56,805 bases of DNA from Bacteroidota bacterium (GCA_011374625.1 DRPN01000168.1:1-56805), one strand, 5' to 3'; positions 40,778 to 50,626 are shown, counted from the stretch's first letter. The notes: generated from the sequence alone by a model not told the origin. Made by a program: numbers and translations.

Positions 40778-40850
40778 AAAACAGAGAGATATTCTCCATT
40801 CCCTTAACTACGTTCATTTCTAGCTTTCCCATTTGTCTTTTAAAGATTAT

Positions 40851-40921
40851 ATATGTAATTTTATCTTCTAATTTATATGTATTTAAATATTTATTTTAAT
40901 ATGTATTTAAATATTTATTTT
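40851..40921 (+). repeat. 24-bp-period tandem repeat upstream of the AbrB-like gene
   Basis: ATATGTATTTAAATATTTATTTT is exact at 40875 and 40899; a degenerate third unit (ATATGTAATT...) starts at 40851. Confidence 0.85.
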
Positions 40922-40946
40922 CCCCACTACTTAAAAAATTCACATT

Positions 40947-41138
40947 ATGGCACGCAGAAAACTTTCCAAAAAACACATCCGCACCTTACAAAAACTGGGT
41001 GGGGGAGCCAGTTATGCGGTAACGCTTCCCATGGATGATATTGCAGAGCTGGGCTGGAAAGCCAGGCAGAAACTGGAAGTAGTCAGGTATGGAGACGGGT
41101 TTCTTATCCGTGATTGGAAGAAAGAATCCAAAGATTAG
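40947..41138 (+). CDS. AbrB/MazE/SpoVT-type swapped-hairpin DNA-binding protein (63 aa)
   Basis: RTLQKLGGGASYAVTLP....ELGW....LEVV..GDGFLI fits the looped-hinge-helix pattern. Confidence 0.75.
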   Translation: MARRKLSKKHIRTLQKLGGGASYAVTLPMDDIAELGWKARQKLEVVRYGDGFLIRDWKKESKD

Positions 41139-41176
41139 CAATACAGACAAGCTGCCGGCAACAATTGACGAAGTAT

Positions 41177-42160
41177 ATGGAAAACAAAATCAAAAATATT
41201 GCCATACTGGCCGGGGGGTATTCGTCCGAATATGAAATCTCCCTGAAAAGTGCAAAGCAGGTAATGAATCACCTGAAAAAAAAGTATTACAAAACGTATC
41301 TTATTCTGATCACCCGGGAAGGATGGTTTTGGGAGACGCCTCAGGGCGACATGGTTTCGGTGGACAAAAATGCTTTTACACTTCCGGTAGACGGAGAAAC
41401 CGTTCATTTTGACGGAGCATTTATTGTCATCCACGGCAGTCCGGGAGAGGACGGAAAGTTGCAGTCATATTTCGAAATGATCGGGCTCCCTTATGCCGGG
41501 TGTAACAGCTTTACCTCCTCGTTGACTTTCAACAAATTTGCCTGTAAGCTGTTTCTGGAGAAGTACAATATCCCCACAGCCTCTTCCGTTCTGGTACGCA
41601 AGAACGCAGGATGGACACCTCCTGATCTGGGAGAGATGAGATATCCCTTGTTTGTCAAACCCAATGCCAGCGGATCCAGTTTTGGCGTATCCAAAGTATC
41701 CAGACCTTCGGAAGTAGGCCCTGCCATCCGGAAAGCTTTTGAGGAAAGTGATGAGGCGATCATCGAAGAATTTATTGAGGGAACCGAAGTCTCCTGCGGC
41801 GTATTAAAGACCTCTACGCGCGATATAATCTTCCCCCCGACGGAGATCGTCAGTCACAATGAGTTTTTTGATTATCAGGCTAAATATTCGGAAGGTCTGG
41901 CCGAGGAAATCACGCCCGCCCGTTTGCCGGAAGACAAAATTACCCTGATTCAGGAAACCGCATCTTACATCTATTCTGTGCTGGGCTGCCGGGGTATAAC
42001 ACGCATTGATTTTATCCTGAAAAGGAACATTCTTTATTTTCTGGAGATCAACACCATCCCTGGTCTCAGCAAAGAGAGCATTATTCCTCGTCAGGCCCGT
42101 GCTTTCGGGATCAGCATGGAAGCGCTTACGGATATGATCACGGACGATCTGTTCAACTAA
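41177..42160 (+). CDS. ddl: D-alanine--D-alanine ligase
   Basis: GGYSSEYEISLKS, HGSPGEDG, FVKPN..GSSFG, FDYQAKY, EINTIPG. Start moved to the ATG at 41177. Confidence 0.95.
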   Translation: MENKIKNIAILAGGYSSEYEISLKSAKQVMNHLKKKYYKTYLILITREGWFWETPQGDMVSVDKNAFTLPVDGETVHFDGAFIVIHGSPGEDGKLQSYFEMIGLPYAGCNSFTSSLTFNKFACKLFLEKYNIPTASSVLVRKNAGWTPPDLGEMRYPLFVKPNASGSSFGVSKVSRPSEVGPAIRKAFEESDEAIIEEFIEGTEVSCGVLKTSTRDIIFPPTEIVSHNEFFDYQAKYSEGLAEEITPARLPEDKITLIQETASYIYSVLGCRGITRIDFILKRNILYFLEINTIPGLSKESIIPRQARAFGISMEALTDMITDDLFN

Positions 42161-45036
42161 CTTTTTTCTTCGGCCGGGAAATGCTCCAATCCCTCTACCG
42201 AGCACATCAGATGCCGGTCACCCCAGGCATCATCCACCCGGTTTGCCGCCGGCCAGAATTTATTCTCCGAAATCCAGGGCAAAGGAAAGACAGCCTTTGT
42301 GCGTGTATAAGGGTGAGTCCACTCATCTGCCAGGGCTTCCTCCTGTGTATGGGGGGCATTTTTCAGAACATTATCCTGAGGATCAATTTTCCCCTCCTGT
42401 ACCTCCATGATCTCATCATAGATATTTTTCATCGTCTCCACAAAACGGTCCAGTTCGGCTTTAGATTCGCTCTCGGTAGGCTCAACCATAAGGGTTCCGT
42501 GCACCGGAAAAGAAAGCGTAGGTGCATGAAAACCGTAGTCCATCAGTCTTTTGGCGATATCTGTTTCGGTAACGCCTGACACATGTTTGAACTCTCTGCA
42601 GTCGAGGATCATCTCATGACCCACATAGCCGGTTTCACCGGTATATAAGGTTTTAAACTGATCTTTCAGGGCCCTGGAAAGGTAGTTGGCATTGAGTATT
42701 GCCACTTCGGAGGCTTTTTTCAGGCCTTCACTTCCCATCAGTCGCATATAGGCATGTGAGATTACCAGGATATGGGCACTGCCGTAAGGTGCCGCAGCGA
42801 CGGTGATCTTTCCTTTTGATCCACCCACAGGCACCAGCGGATGTTCCGGCAAATATTCTTTCAGATGCTCCGCCACAGCTACCGGTCCCACGCCGGGACC
42901 GCCACCACCGTGGGGGATGGCAAAGGTCTTGTGCAAATTCAGGTGACATACGTCGGCTCCGATCATCATTGGGCTGGTAAGCCCCACCTGTGCGTTCATG
43001 TTGGCGCCGTCCATATATACCAGTCCCCCAAAAGAGTGAATGATCCCGGTCATTTCTTTTATCCGGCTTTCAAAAACACCGTGCGTAGAAGGATACGTAA
43101 CCATAAATGCAGCCAGACGGTCTTTATGCTCTTCAGCCAGGCGGCGCAGCGAGTCCACTTTGATATTGCCCAGCTCATCGCAATCCACCACTACCACTTT
43201 CATCCCCGCCATGACAGCGCTGGCCGGATTGGTGCCATGCGCCGACGATGGGATCAGCACCACATTTCTTTCACTTTGTCCTTTATCTTCCAGATACCGG
43301 CGAATGATAGAGAGGCCGGTATATTCCCCTGCAGCTCCCGAATTGGGTTGAAAAGTGATATCGGCAAATCCGGTTACTTTTAACATATCTTCTTTCAGAT
43401 CGTCGATTATCCGGCTATAGCCCGCCGCCTGTTCGGCAGGCACAAAAGGATGAATTGTCCCGAACTCCATCCAGGAAACGGCCAGCATTTCTACCGCAGA
43501 ATTCAGTTTCATGGTACAGGAACCGAGAGAGATCATCGAATGCGTCAGGGATATATCCTTCCGCTCCAGCTTTTTGATATACCGCATCATCTCTGTTTCG
43601 GACCGGTATTTATTAAATACGGCATTCTGCAGGAAAGGCGTTTCCCGCAGGAATTTCCGGTCCAGATATAATTTTTCCGTCAGTACGTTTACCGGAAACG
43701 TCTTCTTTCCGGCAGCCTCGGCAAAGAGGTCAACCAGGTCCTGCACGTCCCTTTCATGTACTGTCTCATCCAGGCTTATTTTCACATATCCGGGCTCGAA
43801 ATAATTCAGATTGATTTCTTTTTGCAGGGCCAGTTTTCGTATTTTCTCCTTTTTTTGTTCATCAGGTACATTTATCTTCAGGGTATCAAAAAAGTTATCA
43901 TTTACCTGGTCATATCCAAGGGTTTTCAAGCTTTCATTCAACGTTCCGGTCATAGCATGGATATTCCCGGCAATTTTTTTCAGACCTTCCGGTCCGTGGT
44001 ACACGGCATACATCCCGGCCATCGTAGCCAGCAGGGCCTGTGCTGTACATATATTAGAGGTAGCTCTTTCTCTTTTAATATGTTGTTCCCGTGTCTGCAA
44101 GGCCATGCGCAATGCCGGCTTCCCGTGTGTATCGCGGCTTACCCCGATAATCCGGCCGGGCATATGTCGTTTATACACTTCCTTGGCAGCCATATACCCT
44201 GCATGAGGCCCTCCGTAGCTTAACGGTAGTCCGAGGCGTTGCACCGATCCCACTGCGACGTCGGCACCCCACTCTCCCGGAGGACGCAGCAATGCCAGGC
44301 TCAGGATATCTGCCACCACAACCAGCGGCACATTGTTTTCATGGAGTTTCCCTGTCCAGGCTTCGTAATCACACACCTGCCCCCCTGCATTGGGATACTG
44401 CACCAGTGCCCCGAAAAAATCCTCAGCCGGTATCGTTTTCTCCCACGACCCTTTCACCAGTTCGATTTTTCTGGCTTCAGCACGGGTTTTGAGGATACTC
44501 CATGTCTGTGGAAAGATATTGTCATCCACAAAGAAACGATTGACATTTGCTTTCACAGCATCCCGCGAACGGGCATTGTAAAGCATGAGCATGGCCTCGG
44601 CAGCGGCAGTGCTTTCATCCAGCAACGAAGAGTTGGCCAGAGGTAAAGCGGTCAGATCGATAAGCACCGTCTGAAAATTCAACAAAGCTTCCAGCCTGCC
44701 CTGCGAAATCTCAGCCTGATAGGGAGTGTACGAGGTGTACCAGGAAGGGTTCTCCAGGATATTTCTTTGGATCACGGCCGGAAAGACCGTATTGTAATAT
44801 CCCATACCGATGTAGGAACGGAAGATCTTGTTTTCCGATGCAATTTTCTTGATGTATTTCAGGTATTCATCTTCCGACATGGCCGGAATTTCGAAATCTT
44901 CATCCAGACGTATATCAGAAGGGATTACCTTTTCAATCAGCGAGTCCAGAGATTTTTCCCCAACCACTTCCAGCATCTGTCGGATATCGTTATCACGCGG
45001 ACCGATATGGCGATCGGCAAAAGTATAAGGTGTCAT
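42157..45036 (-). CDS. gcvP: Glycine dehydrogenase (decarboxylating), single-chain P protein
   Basis: RHIGP, YTPYQAEISQGRLE, ATSNICTAQ, LGSCTMKLN, HLNLHKTF (PLP lysine), PHGGGGPG. Confidence 0.97.
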   Translation of the reverse strand: MTPYTFADRHIGPRDNDIRQMLEVVGEKSLDSLIEKVIPSDIRLDEDFEIPAMSEDEYLKYIKKIASENKIFRSYIGMGYYNTVFPAVIQRNILENPSWYTSYTPYQAEISQGRLEALLNFQTVLIDLTALPLANSSLLDESTAAAEAMLMLYNARSRDAVKANVNRFFVDDNIFPQTWSILKTRAEARKIELVKGSWEKTIPAEDFFGALVQYPNAGGQVCDYEAWTGKLHENNVPLVVVADILSLALLRPPGEWGADVAVGSVQRLGLPLSYGGPHAGYMAAKEVYKRHMPGRIIGVSRDTHGKPALRMALQTREQHIKRERATSNICTAQALLATMAGMYAVYHGPEGLKKIAGNIHAMTGTLNESLKTLGYDQVNDNFFDTLKINVPDEQKKEKIRKLALQKEINLNYFEPGYVKISLDETVHERDVQDLVDLFAEAAGKKTFPVNVLTEKLYLDRKFLRETPFLQNAVFNKYRSETEMMRYIKKLERKDISLTHSMISLGSCTMKLNSAVEMLAVSWMEFGTIHPFVPAEQAAGYSRIIDDLKEDMLKVTGFADITFQPNSGAAGEYTGLSIIRRYLEDKGQSERNVVLIPSSAHGTNPASAVMAGMKVVVVDCDELGNIKVDSLRRLAEEHKDRLAAFMVTYPSTHGVFESRIKEMTGIIHSFGGLVYMDGANMNAQVGLTSPMMIGADVCHLNLHKTFAIPHGGGGPGVGPVAVAEHLKEYLPEHPLVPVGGSKGKITVAAAPYGSAHILVISHAYMRLMGSEGLKKASEVAILNANYLSRALKDQFKTLYTGETGYVGHEMILDCREFKHVSGVTETDIAKRLMDYGFHAPTLSFPVHGTLMVEPTESESKAELDRFVETMKNIYDEIMEVQEGKIDPQDNVLKNAPHTQEEALADEWTHPYTRTKAVFPLPWISENKFWPAANRVDDAWGDRHLMCSVEGLEHFPAEEKS

Positions 45037-45208
45037 GAAAACATGTTTTACGTTAGTAAATAATTCAGGTTAAAAATAGAAAAAGGGATGAGTAAAACAA
45101 ACTACAAAAATCATGTGACGAAATAAATTTTCAATTCGAAAATACAGGTTTCGTCCTCGATAACTCCCCCGGGGTAACCCGTCCGCCATAGCGGAATGCA
45201 AAGGCGAA

Positions 45209-45856
45209 TTAAAAATCCAGAAACGGGTTGCTGAGTGCTTCATAGCCAACGGTAGTCTCCGGGCCATGCCCCGGAAACACCCTGACCTCATCATCCATTT
45301 TTTCCAAAATCTCTGTTTTAATACTGTTTTTAAGGAGGTTATAGTCCCCTCCCATCAGGTCGGTACGACCTATGCTTCCCCTGAACAGAACGTCTCCGGA
45401 AAAGAGCAGGCCATATGCCCGGTCATAATAGGCTGTCCCGCCGGGTGTATGCCCCGGCATATGGATCACTTCCAGGGTTACATCTCCAAACGCCAGGGGT
45501 TCCATGACCAGTTTTTCCGCATCAGGCATATCTGCCACTGGGAAAGAAAACATCTCTCCCTGCATTTTTACGGTCCGGTATAAAGAGAGATCATCCGGAT
45601 GAATTTTGGGGCTGAGTCCGAATTTTTCAAAAAAGAAAGGAGCTCCACATACGTGATCCAGATGACCATGTGTCAACAAAATGTGCATAGGCCGTAAATG
45701 CTGATCCCTGATAAAGGAAAGAATCTCTTCCTCTTCTTCCGGGGAGTTGTTTCCGGGATCAATAATCACGCATGCACCTTCCGGCTCATATAACACATAG
45801 GTGTTTTCCTGAAAAGGATTGAAAACAAATTTTTTTACTCCCGGTTTTTGTCTCAT
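45209..45856 (-). CDS. MBL-fold metallo-hydrolase (GloB/YcbL-like)
   Basis: NPFQENTY, THGHLDH, PGHTPG, SGDVLF, GRTDL, PGHG. Start probably 45856; the ORF is open to 45937. Confidence 0.9.
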   Translation of the reverse strand: MRQKPGVKKFVFNPFQENTYVLYEPEGACVIIDPGNNSPEEEEEILSFIRDQHLRPMHILLTHGHLDHVCGAPFFFEKFGLSPKIHPDDLSLYRTVKMQGEMFSFPVADMPDAEKLVMEPLAFGDVTLEVIHMPGHTPGGTAYYDRAYGLLFSGDVLFRGSIGRTDLMGGDYNLLKNSIKTEILEKMDDEVRVFPGHGPETTVGYEALSNPFLDF

Positions 45857-45908
45857 GGTTTTTTTCTTTGATTTCTTTCTGCTAATCCCGGTAAGATCGG
45901 GTATTTGA

Positions 45909-46589
45909 TTATTTGTCGGATGTTCCGTTATTGCCATTGGTTCCTTTCATCATGGGAACAAAGACAAAGTAACCGTGTTTGGTCATCTCAACATCGTCGC
46001 GACTATGTTTTATCACGCGTGTCATTTCCTGTGTCTCTCCGCCTACCGGTGCAACGAGAATTCCGTTGTTCTTTAATTGCCGGATCAGGGTGACGGGGAT
46101 CTCGGGGGCAGCTGCCGTGATCAGGATCTTATCAAAAGGGGCAAAAGCAGGTAATCCTTTATAGCCGTCGCCGTAAAAAAATCTCGGATGATAACCCAGA
46201 CGGGTGAGTAAGGCCTGTGAGTTAAGAAACAATTCTTTCTGCCGTTCTATGGTAAACACACGTGCTCCCATCTCCAGCAATACGGCAGTCTGGTATCCAG
46301 AGCCCGTACCAATCTCCAGTATCTTTTCTCCTTTATGGATATCCAGTAATTCGGTTTGAAAGGCTACCGTATAAGGCTGCGAAATTGTCTGTCCGGCGCC
46401 GATTGGGAAAGCCTGGTCTTTATATGCATAATTCAAAAAGCTTGTGTCCATAAATAAATGACGCGGCACTTTATTAATGGCATCCAGTACAGCCTCCGAC
46501 TTGATCCCCTTATTTCGAAGTTCTTCCAATAGTTTTTTCCGCAATCCTTTATGCAGATAATTGTCTTCCAGGTTCTTTTGTTTCATCAT
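45909..46589 (-). CDS. pcm: Protein-L-isoaspartate O-methyltransferase
   Basis: VPRHLF, GQTISQP, LEIGTGSGY, PFDKILITAA, FVPM. Confidence 0.95.
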   Translation of the reverse strand: MMKQKNLEDNYLHKGLRKKLLEELRNKGIKSEAVLDAINKVPRHLFMDTSFLNYAYKDQAFPIGAGQTISQPYTVAFQTELLDIHKGEKILEIGTGSGYQTAVLLEMGARVFTIERQKELFLNSQALLTRLGYHPRFFYGDGYKGLPAFAPFDKILITAAAPEIPVTLIRQLKNNGILVAPVGGETQEMTRVIKHSRDDVEMTKHGYFVFVPMMKGTNGNNGTSDK

Positions 46590-46738
46590 TTACAATTACT
46601 ATAATATTACGGTATAATTCAATCATATTTTACATATTCCATATCAGTTAATTTATCTGGCTATCTCCCATATACTTATCAACATCAGCCCGTTAATAAC
46701 TTGCCCTGAAAACCAGGAAATCTTCCCGGTAAAAATTA

Positions 46739-46746
46739 TATGTTTG
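46739..46746 (+). promoter_or_regulatory. Bacteroidota -7 element (TATGTTTG)
   Basis: TAnnTTTG match 19 nt upstream of the ATG at 46766. Confidence 0.55.
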
Positions 46747-46765
46747 CAAAAATTGCTACAAAAAT

Positions 46766-47701
46766 ATGATAAAAATCGGGGTTTTCGGTCTTTCCGGAAA
46801 AGCAATCGATCTGATCCGGAAAATACAGCGGAAGACAAAGAATACGCAGATATTGTTTTTTACCCATGGCATGCCGTCTGACTACTCCCCCCAGGAACAC
46901 AATCTTTTCTCTTCCACTGATCCTGTTGATCTGATTTCCCGTTCCGACAGAGTGATTTTTTCTGATCCTTCTTCCGGCGATATGCCTTTCATCAGGCATG
47001 CCCTTTGTGAGTCAACGCCTCTTTTTTTCATAAATACCGGCAACCTGACACCTGAAAATATGAACGAAATCGTCAGACTATCCGGAGAAGCAGAAACACC
47101 TGCGGTTTGTTTTAATCCGATATGGACTCATTTTACCTCCGGTAAAATTCCTGTCGTTGTTTCAAACCCTTTTTACGCCGAAATGATTTACTCTTTGCCA
47201 CCTTTGCAGTTCAAAACGGAAAAAGCCCTTGATCATTTGTTATTTTCCCTTGAATCCATTCTACGCATTTTCCATGCTTTCCCGAAAAAACCGGTTGTCA
47301 ATATATATTCTTCAAGCCTGGTCCGGACAGATATGATCCATGTACGCCTTGATTTTGATAATCGTGCAATGGCTTTGTTCAGATACGAAGGGTTATCGCA
47401 ATCCCGGGAATATTACTTCCGGTTGATACAATCCGGTCATCTGATAAAATATGATTTCAAGGCCGGGGAGGTTCATCACTCGCTGATAAAACCCGAAGGA
47501 TTATACGATGCCGGCTCCGCCTTGTTGCCTGATAACAATCATTCCCTTTTCCGAAGCTGGCAATTTTTACTGTCAGAAGAAAAGGAAAAAAACATTTTTA
47601 TGGAAGATCGGCTTACTACCACACGGATCCAGCAATATATCCGGGATAAGGTGCGTCATAATTCCCTTATGCCCCGACATGCTGTAAAAAATCTGCAATA
47701 A
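46766..47701 (+). CDS. Degenerate Gfo/Idh/MocA-like protein
   Basis: MIKIGVFG Rossmann-like start, DLISRSDRV and D.IHVRLDFDN segments; the GxGxxG and EKP motifs are missing. Confidence 0.5.
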   Translation: MIKIGVFGLSGKAIDLIRKIQRKTKNTQILFFTHGMPSDYSPQEHNLFSSTDPVDLISRSDRVIFSDPSSGDMPFIRHALCESTPLFFINTGNLTPENMNEIVRLSGEAETPAVCFNPIWTHFTSGKIPVVVSNPFYAEMIYSLPPLQFKTEKALDHLLFSLESILRIFHAFPKKPVVNIYSSSLVRTDMIHVRLDFDNRAMALFRYEGLSQSREYYFRLIQSGHLIKYDFKAGEVHHSLIKPEGLYDAGSALLPDNNHSLFRSWQFLLSEEKEKNIFMEDRLTTTRIQQYIRDKVRHNSLMPRHAVKNLQ

Positions 47702-47768
47702 TTCCTGTTTTCAAAAATATTCTTCCTGTTTTTACGTTAAAAATCCGGATGTACCATGTTACCCTCTA

Positions 47769-49187
47769 ATGAACCCGAAAAAACAGGTCCTGAAATACCT
47801 AATATCGGACTACCTTGCCTCAGTGACCACGTGGGTCTTATTTTTTACATACCGCAAGATTTATATTGAATCGACCAAATTTGGGTATTCCGTTCCTTTT
47901 CAAGCAGATAAGAATTTCATCCTGGGCCTTTTTTTTATACCCATTGGGTGGGTGTTTCTGCATTATCTTTCCGGTTATTACCGGAACATATACCGGAAAT
48001 CCAGGCTTCAGGAACTGGCACAAACCTTTGTGGTAACCCTGGTAGGGGTGATAGTTCTTTTTTTCATGATCATCCTGAACGATGTCATCGTCTCCTATAA
48101 AAATTACTATCATTCTGTTGTGGTATTGTTCGCCTTGCAGTTCATATTCACCTATCTTCCACGTCTTTTAATCACCTCCGTCACCAATTACCGGATTCAT
48201 ACCGGCAAGATTGTCTTCAATACCGTAATCATAGGCAATAACCTGAAAGCTCTGAATATTTATAAACGTCTCAAAGAAAATAATGGCAAGGCAGGGTATA
48301 AATTCACCGGTTTTGTGTCGTTAAACCCGGAAGGAAAAGGTCCCCTGGAGAATCATCTTCCGTACCTTGGCAATCTGAAAAAAGCAAGAAAGATCCTTTC
48401 AGACGGCAAGCAGGTGCAGGAGATCATCCTGGCCATTGAAGAATCTGAGAAAAAAGAGATTGGATACATTCTCAACCAGCTTTTCAACGCACCGGCACAC
48501 CTCCAGGCTATCCCCGAGCTGTATGACATACTGGCCGGCAGGGTACGAATGACTTCTTTTCTGGGCACACCACTCATTGAGATCACCCACGAGCTGATGC
48601 CAGCCTGGCAGATAGTGGTCAAAACACTTATAGATTACACAGCAGCCCTGACCCTGTTGATTTTATCTGTCCCCTCAATATTGATCATTACTATCGCTAT
48701 CAAGCTCACTTCGGAGGGCCCGGTATTTTTCAGACAAGAACGGGTTGGACGCCACGGAAAACCATTTATGATCTACAAGTTCAGGACCATGTACAAAGAT
48801 GCGGAAAAAGAAGGGCCTGCCCTCTCTTCCAGAAACGATCCCAGGATTACTTCTGTGGGTCGCTTTCTGCGACGTACCCGTATGGATGAAATACCCAATT
48901 TTATCAATGTTCTGAAAGGAGAAATGTCACTGGTGGGACCCCGTCCCGAGAGGAAACATTTTGTGGATCAGATCCTGGATAAAGTCCCTCATTATATCCA
49001 CCTGCAAAAAGTAAAACCCGGTATCACTTCGTGGGGACAAGTGAAATACGGCTATGCCGAAAATGTGGAGGAGATGATCGAGCGCATGCAATACGACCTT
49101 ATCTATATCGAGAACATGTCCCTGTATGTAGATATGAAAATCCTGTTACATACCCTGATAACCGTACTGAAAGGAAAAGGAAAGTAA
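47769..49187 (+). CDS. Polyprenyl-phosphate sugar-1-phosphate transferase (WcaJ/WbaP-like)
   Basis: Four TM helices, Rossmann-like middle domain, IYKFRTM, DPRIT, RMDEIP, GEMSLVGPRP, KPGITSWGQV. Confidence 0.92.
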   Translation: MNPKKQVLKYLISDYLASVTTWVLFFTYRKIYIESTKFGYSVPFQADKNFILGLFFIPIGWVFLHYLSGYYRNIYRKSRLQELAQTFVVTLVGVIVLFFMIILNDVIVSYKNYYHSVVVLFALQFIFTYLPRLLITSVTNYRIHTGKIVFNTVIIGNNLKALNIYKRLKENNGKAGYKFTGFVSLNPEGKGPLENHLPYLGNLKKARKILSDGKQVQEIILAIEESEKKEIGYILNQLFNAPAHLQAIPELYDILAGRVRMTSFLGTPLIEITHELMPAWQIVVKTLIDYTAALTLLILSVPSILIITIAIKLTSEGPVFFRQERVGRHGKPFMIYKFRTMYKDAEKEGPALSSRNDPRITSVGRFLRRTRMDEIPNFINVLKGEMSLVGPRPERKHFVDQILDKVPHYIHLQKVKPGITSWGQVKYGYAENVEEMIERMQYDLIYIENMSLYVDMKILLHTLITVLKGKGK

Positions 49188-49253
49188 TAAAAAGTGTCGG
49201 AAATCAGATTTTTTCCGCCCGGCCAAAGCGGATCCTATCTGACGGGAGGTTTA

Positions 49254-49273
49254 CCTGCCTTCAGGTAGGCAGG
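49254..49273. repeat. REP-like palindrome CCTGCCT-N6-AGGCAGG
   Basis: 7-bp perfect stem between convergent genes. Confidence 0.55.
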
Positions 49274-49292
49274 CGAACGGGGACGTATTCGC

Positions 49293-49850
49293 TCATTCCA
49301 ATATATACCTGTGCAACACATGGTACTCCGGTCCCCCGGGTTTCAGGATGCTCTCATAGAGATACAGTTCCTGTATGGTCAGCCTGGCGATTTCTTTTTC
49401 CCGGTATTCTCCGAGGATTCGCACAAAACGCTGCCGGTTTTCGAGCCACCTGATGCGACCGATGGTCAGATGGGGTGAGAAAGGCTTGTCGGGTAAATCA
49501 AAATCCCCTTTTATCAGCACCTCCTCCACTGCATTGACCAGTTCGTTCAACGCTTCCGAAGGAGTAACCCTAAACCATAACACCCGGGGTCTGTGCACCC
49601 CGGGGAAAACACCTGCACCATTGAAAACCAGATCGAAGCCTGTAAGATCTTTCATACGAACAGAAAGCAGGCTGTTCAGCCTTCCGATATCCTCCTCTCC
49701 CGTGTCCCCGAAAAAATGAAGGGTCAGATGCAGATTCTCCGGTTTTACCCATTTAATTTTTTCTTCTTGCAGCATATCCCGGATTTTCTTATAGTAATGG
49801 ATCAGTTTGTCATCCTGCCCCACCGGGATGGCTAAAAATATGCGTTTCAT
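49293..49850 (-). CDS. thpR: RNA 2',3'-cyclic phosphodiesterase (2H family)
   Basis: RIFLAI, HLTL and PHLTI 2H motifs, LYESIL..GGPEY. Confidence 0.92.
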   Translation of the reverse strand: MKRIFLAIPVGQDDKLIHYYKKIRDMLQEEKIKWVKPENLHLTLHFFGDTGEEDIGRLNSLLSVRMKDLTGFDLVFNGAGVFPGVHRPRVLWFRVTPSEALNELVNAVEEVLIKGDFDLPDKPFSPHLTIGRIRWLENRQRFVRILGEYREKEIARLTIQELYLYESILKPGGPEYHVLHRYILE

Positions 49851-49910
49851 AAATAAAACAAGAACGAAAATTTACTAACTTTATAAACCCAAAACATAAA
49901 CTATTCAGCC

Positions 49911-50570
49911 ATGGAAGGTAAGAAAAAATTTGCAATAATTTTAGCCGGAAGTGGGGTCATGGACGGTTCAGAGATCCATGAAGCCACGATGGCCATGTAT
50001 GCCGTTGTAAAGAACGGTGGCGTTTACGAAATTTTCGCACCGGATATTCCCCAGTATCATGTGATCAACCACCTGACGGGTGAGGAGATGAATGAAACAC
50101 GCAATGTGTTGGTTGAGGCGGCACGTATTGCGCGGGGGAAAATACGTCCGTTGAGTGAATTCAATGCAAAAGATTTTGATGCTTTGCTCATGCCGGGAGG
50201 ATATGGCGCAGCCAAAAACCTGAGTGATTTTGCTTTCAAGGGGACCGGATGCACGGTCCATGAAGAGGTGGCCGAAGCAATCAAAACGATGGTGCAGACA
50301 GGCAAGCCTGTTGGGGCTTTGTGCATCTCACCGGCGATCATTGCTTGTGTGCTGCGAGACGTGGAGGTGACCATCGGAAAGGACAAAGCCACGGCCGAAG
50401 CCATAGAAGCCATGGGTGCACATCATGTGGAGACCAGCCACGGAGAGGTTGCGGTAGACAAGAAATATAAAGTGGTCACGTCCCCCTGTTACATGCTTGA
50501 TGCCACCATTGCAGATATTGCCAACGATGCCGATATTACGGTTAAAACGATGATGGGAATGATCGGATAA
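49911..50570 (+). CDS. elbB: ElbB glyoxalase (DJ-1/PfpI superfamily)
   Basis: DGSEIHEA, RNVLVEAARIARG, PGGYGAAKNL, LCISP. Confidence 0.92.
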   Translation: MEGKKKFAIILAGSGVMDGSEIHEATMAMYAVVKNGGVYEIFAPDIPQYHVINHLTGEEMNETRNVLVEAARIARGKIRPLSEFNAKDFDALLMPGGYGAAKNLSDFAFKGTGCTVHEEVAEAIKTMVQTGKPVGALCISPAIIACVLRDVEVTIGKDKATAEAIEAMGAHHVETSHGEVAVDKKYKVVTSPCYMLDATIADIANDADITVKTMMGMIG

Positions 50571-50594
50571 AAAGGGATCTGTTTTGATAAAAAA

Positions 50595-50626
50595 ATGGAG
50601 AAGTTCAAGATTTTGAACTTCTCCAT
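50595..50626. repeat. 14-bp-stem palindrome (REP-like, possibly also a terminator)
   Basis: ATGGAGAAGTTCAA-GATT-TTGAACTTCTCCAT between convergent elbB and GH29 genes. Confidence 0.75.

Noticed and set aside
40851-40921. Possible mini-CRISPR array
   Set aside because: The units are contiguous with no unique spacers, and no cas genes are present.
42157-42160. Overlapping stop codons of convergent ddl and gcvP
   Set aside because: This is common in compact bacterial genomes.
45037-45208. Possible glycine riboswitch upstream of gcvP
   Set aside because: No GGAGA/CCGAAG/CTCTCAGG aptamer motifs are present, only short palindromes.
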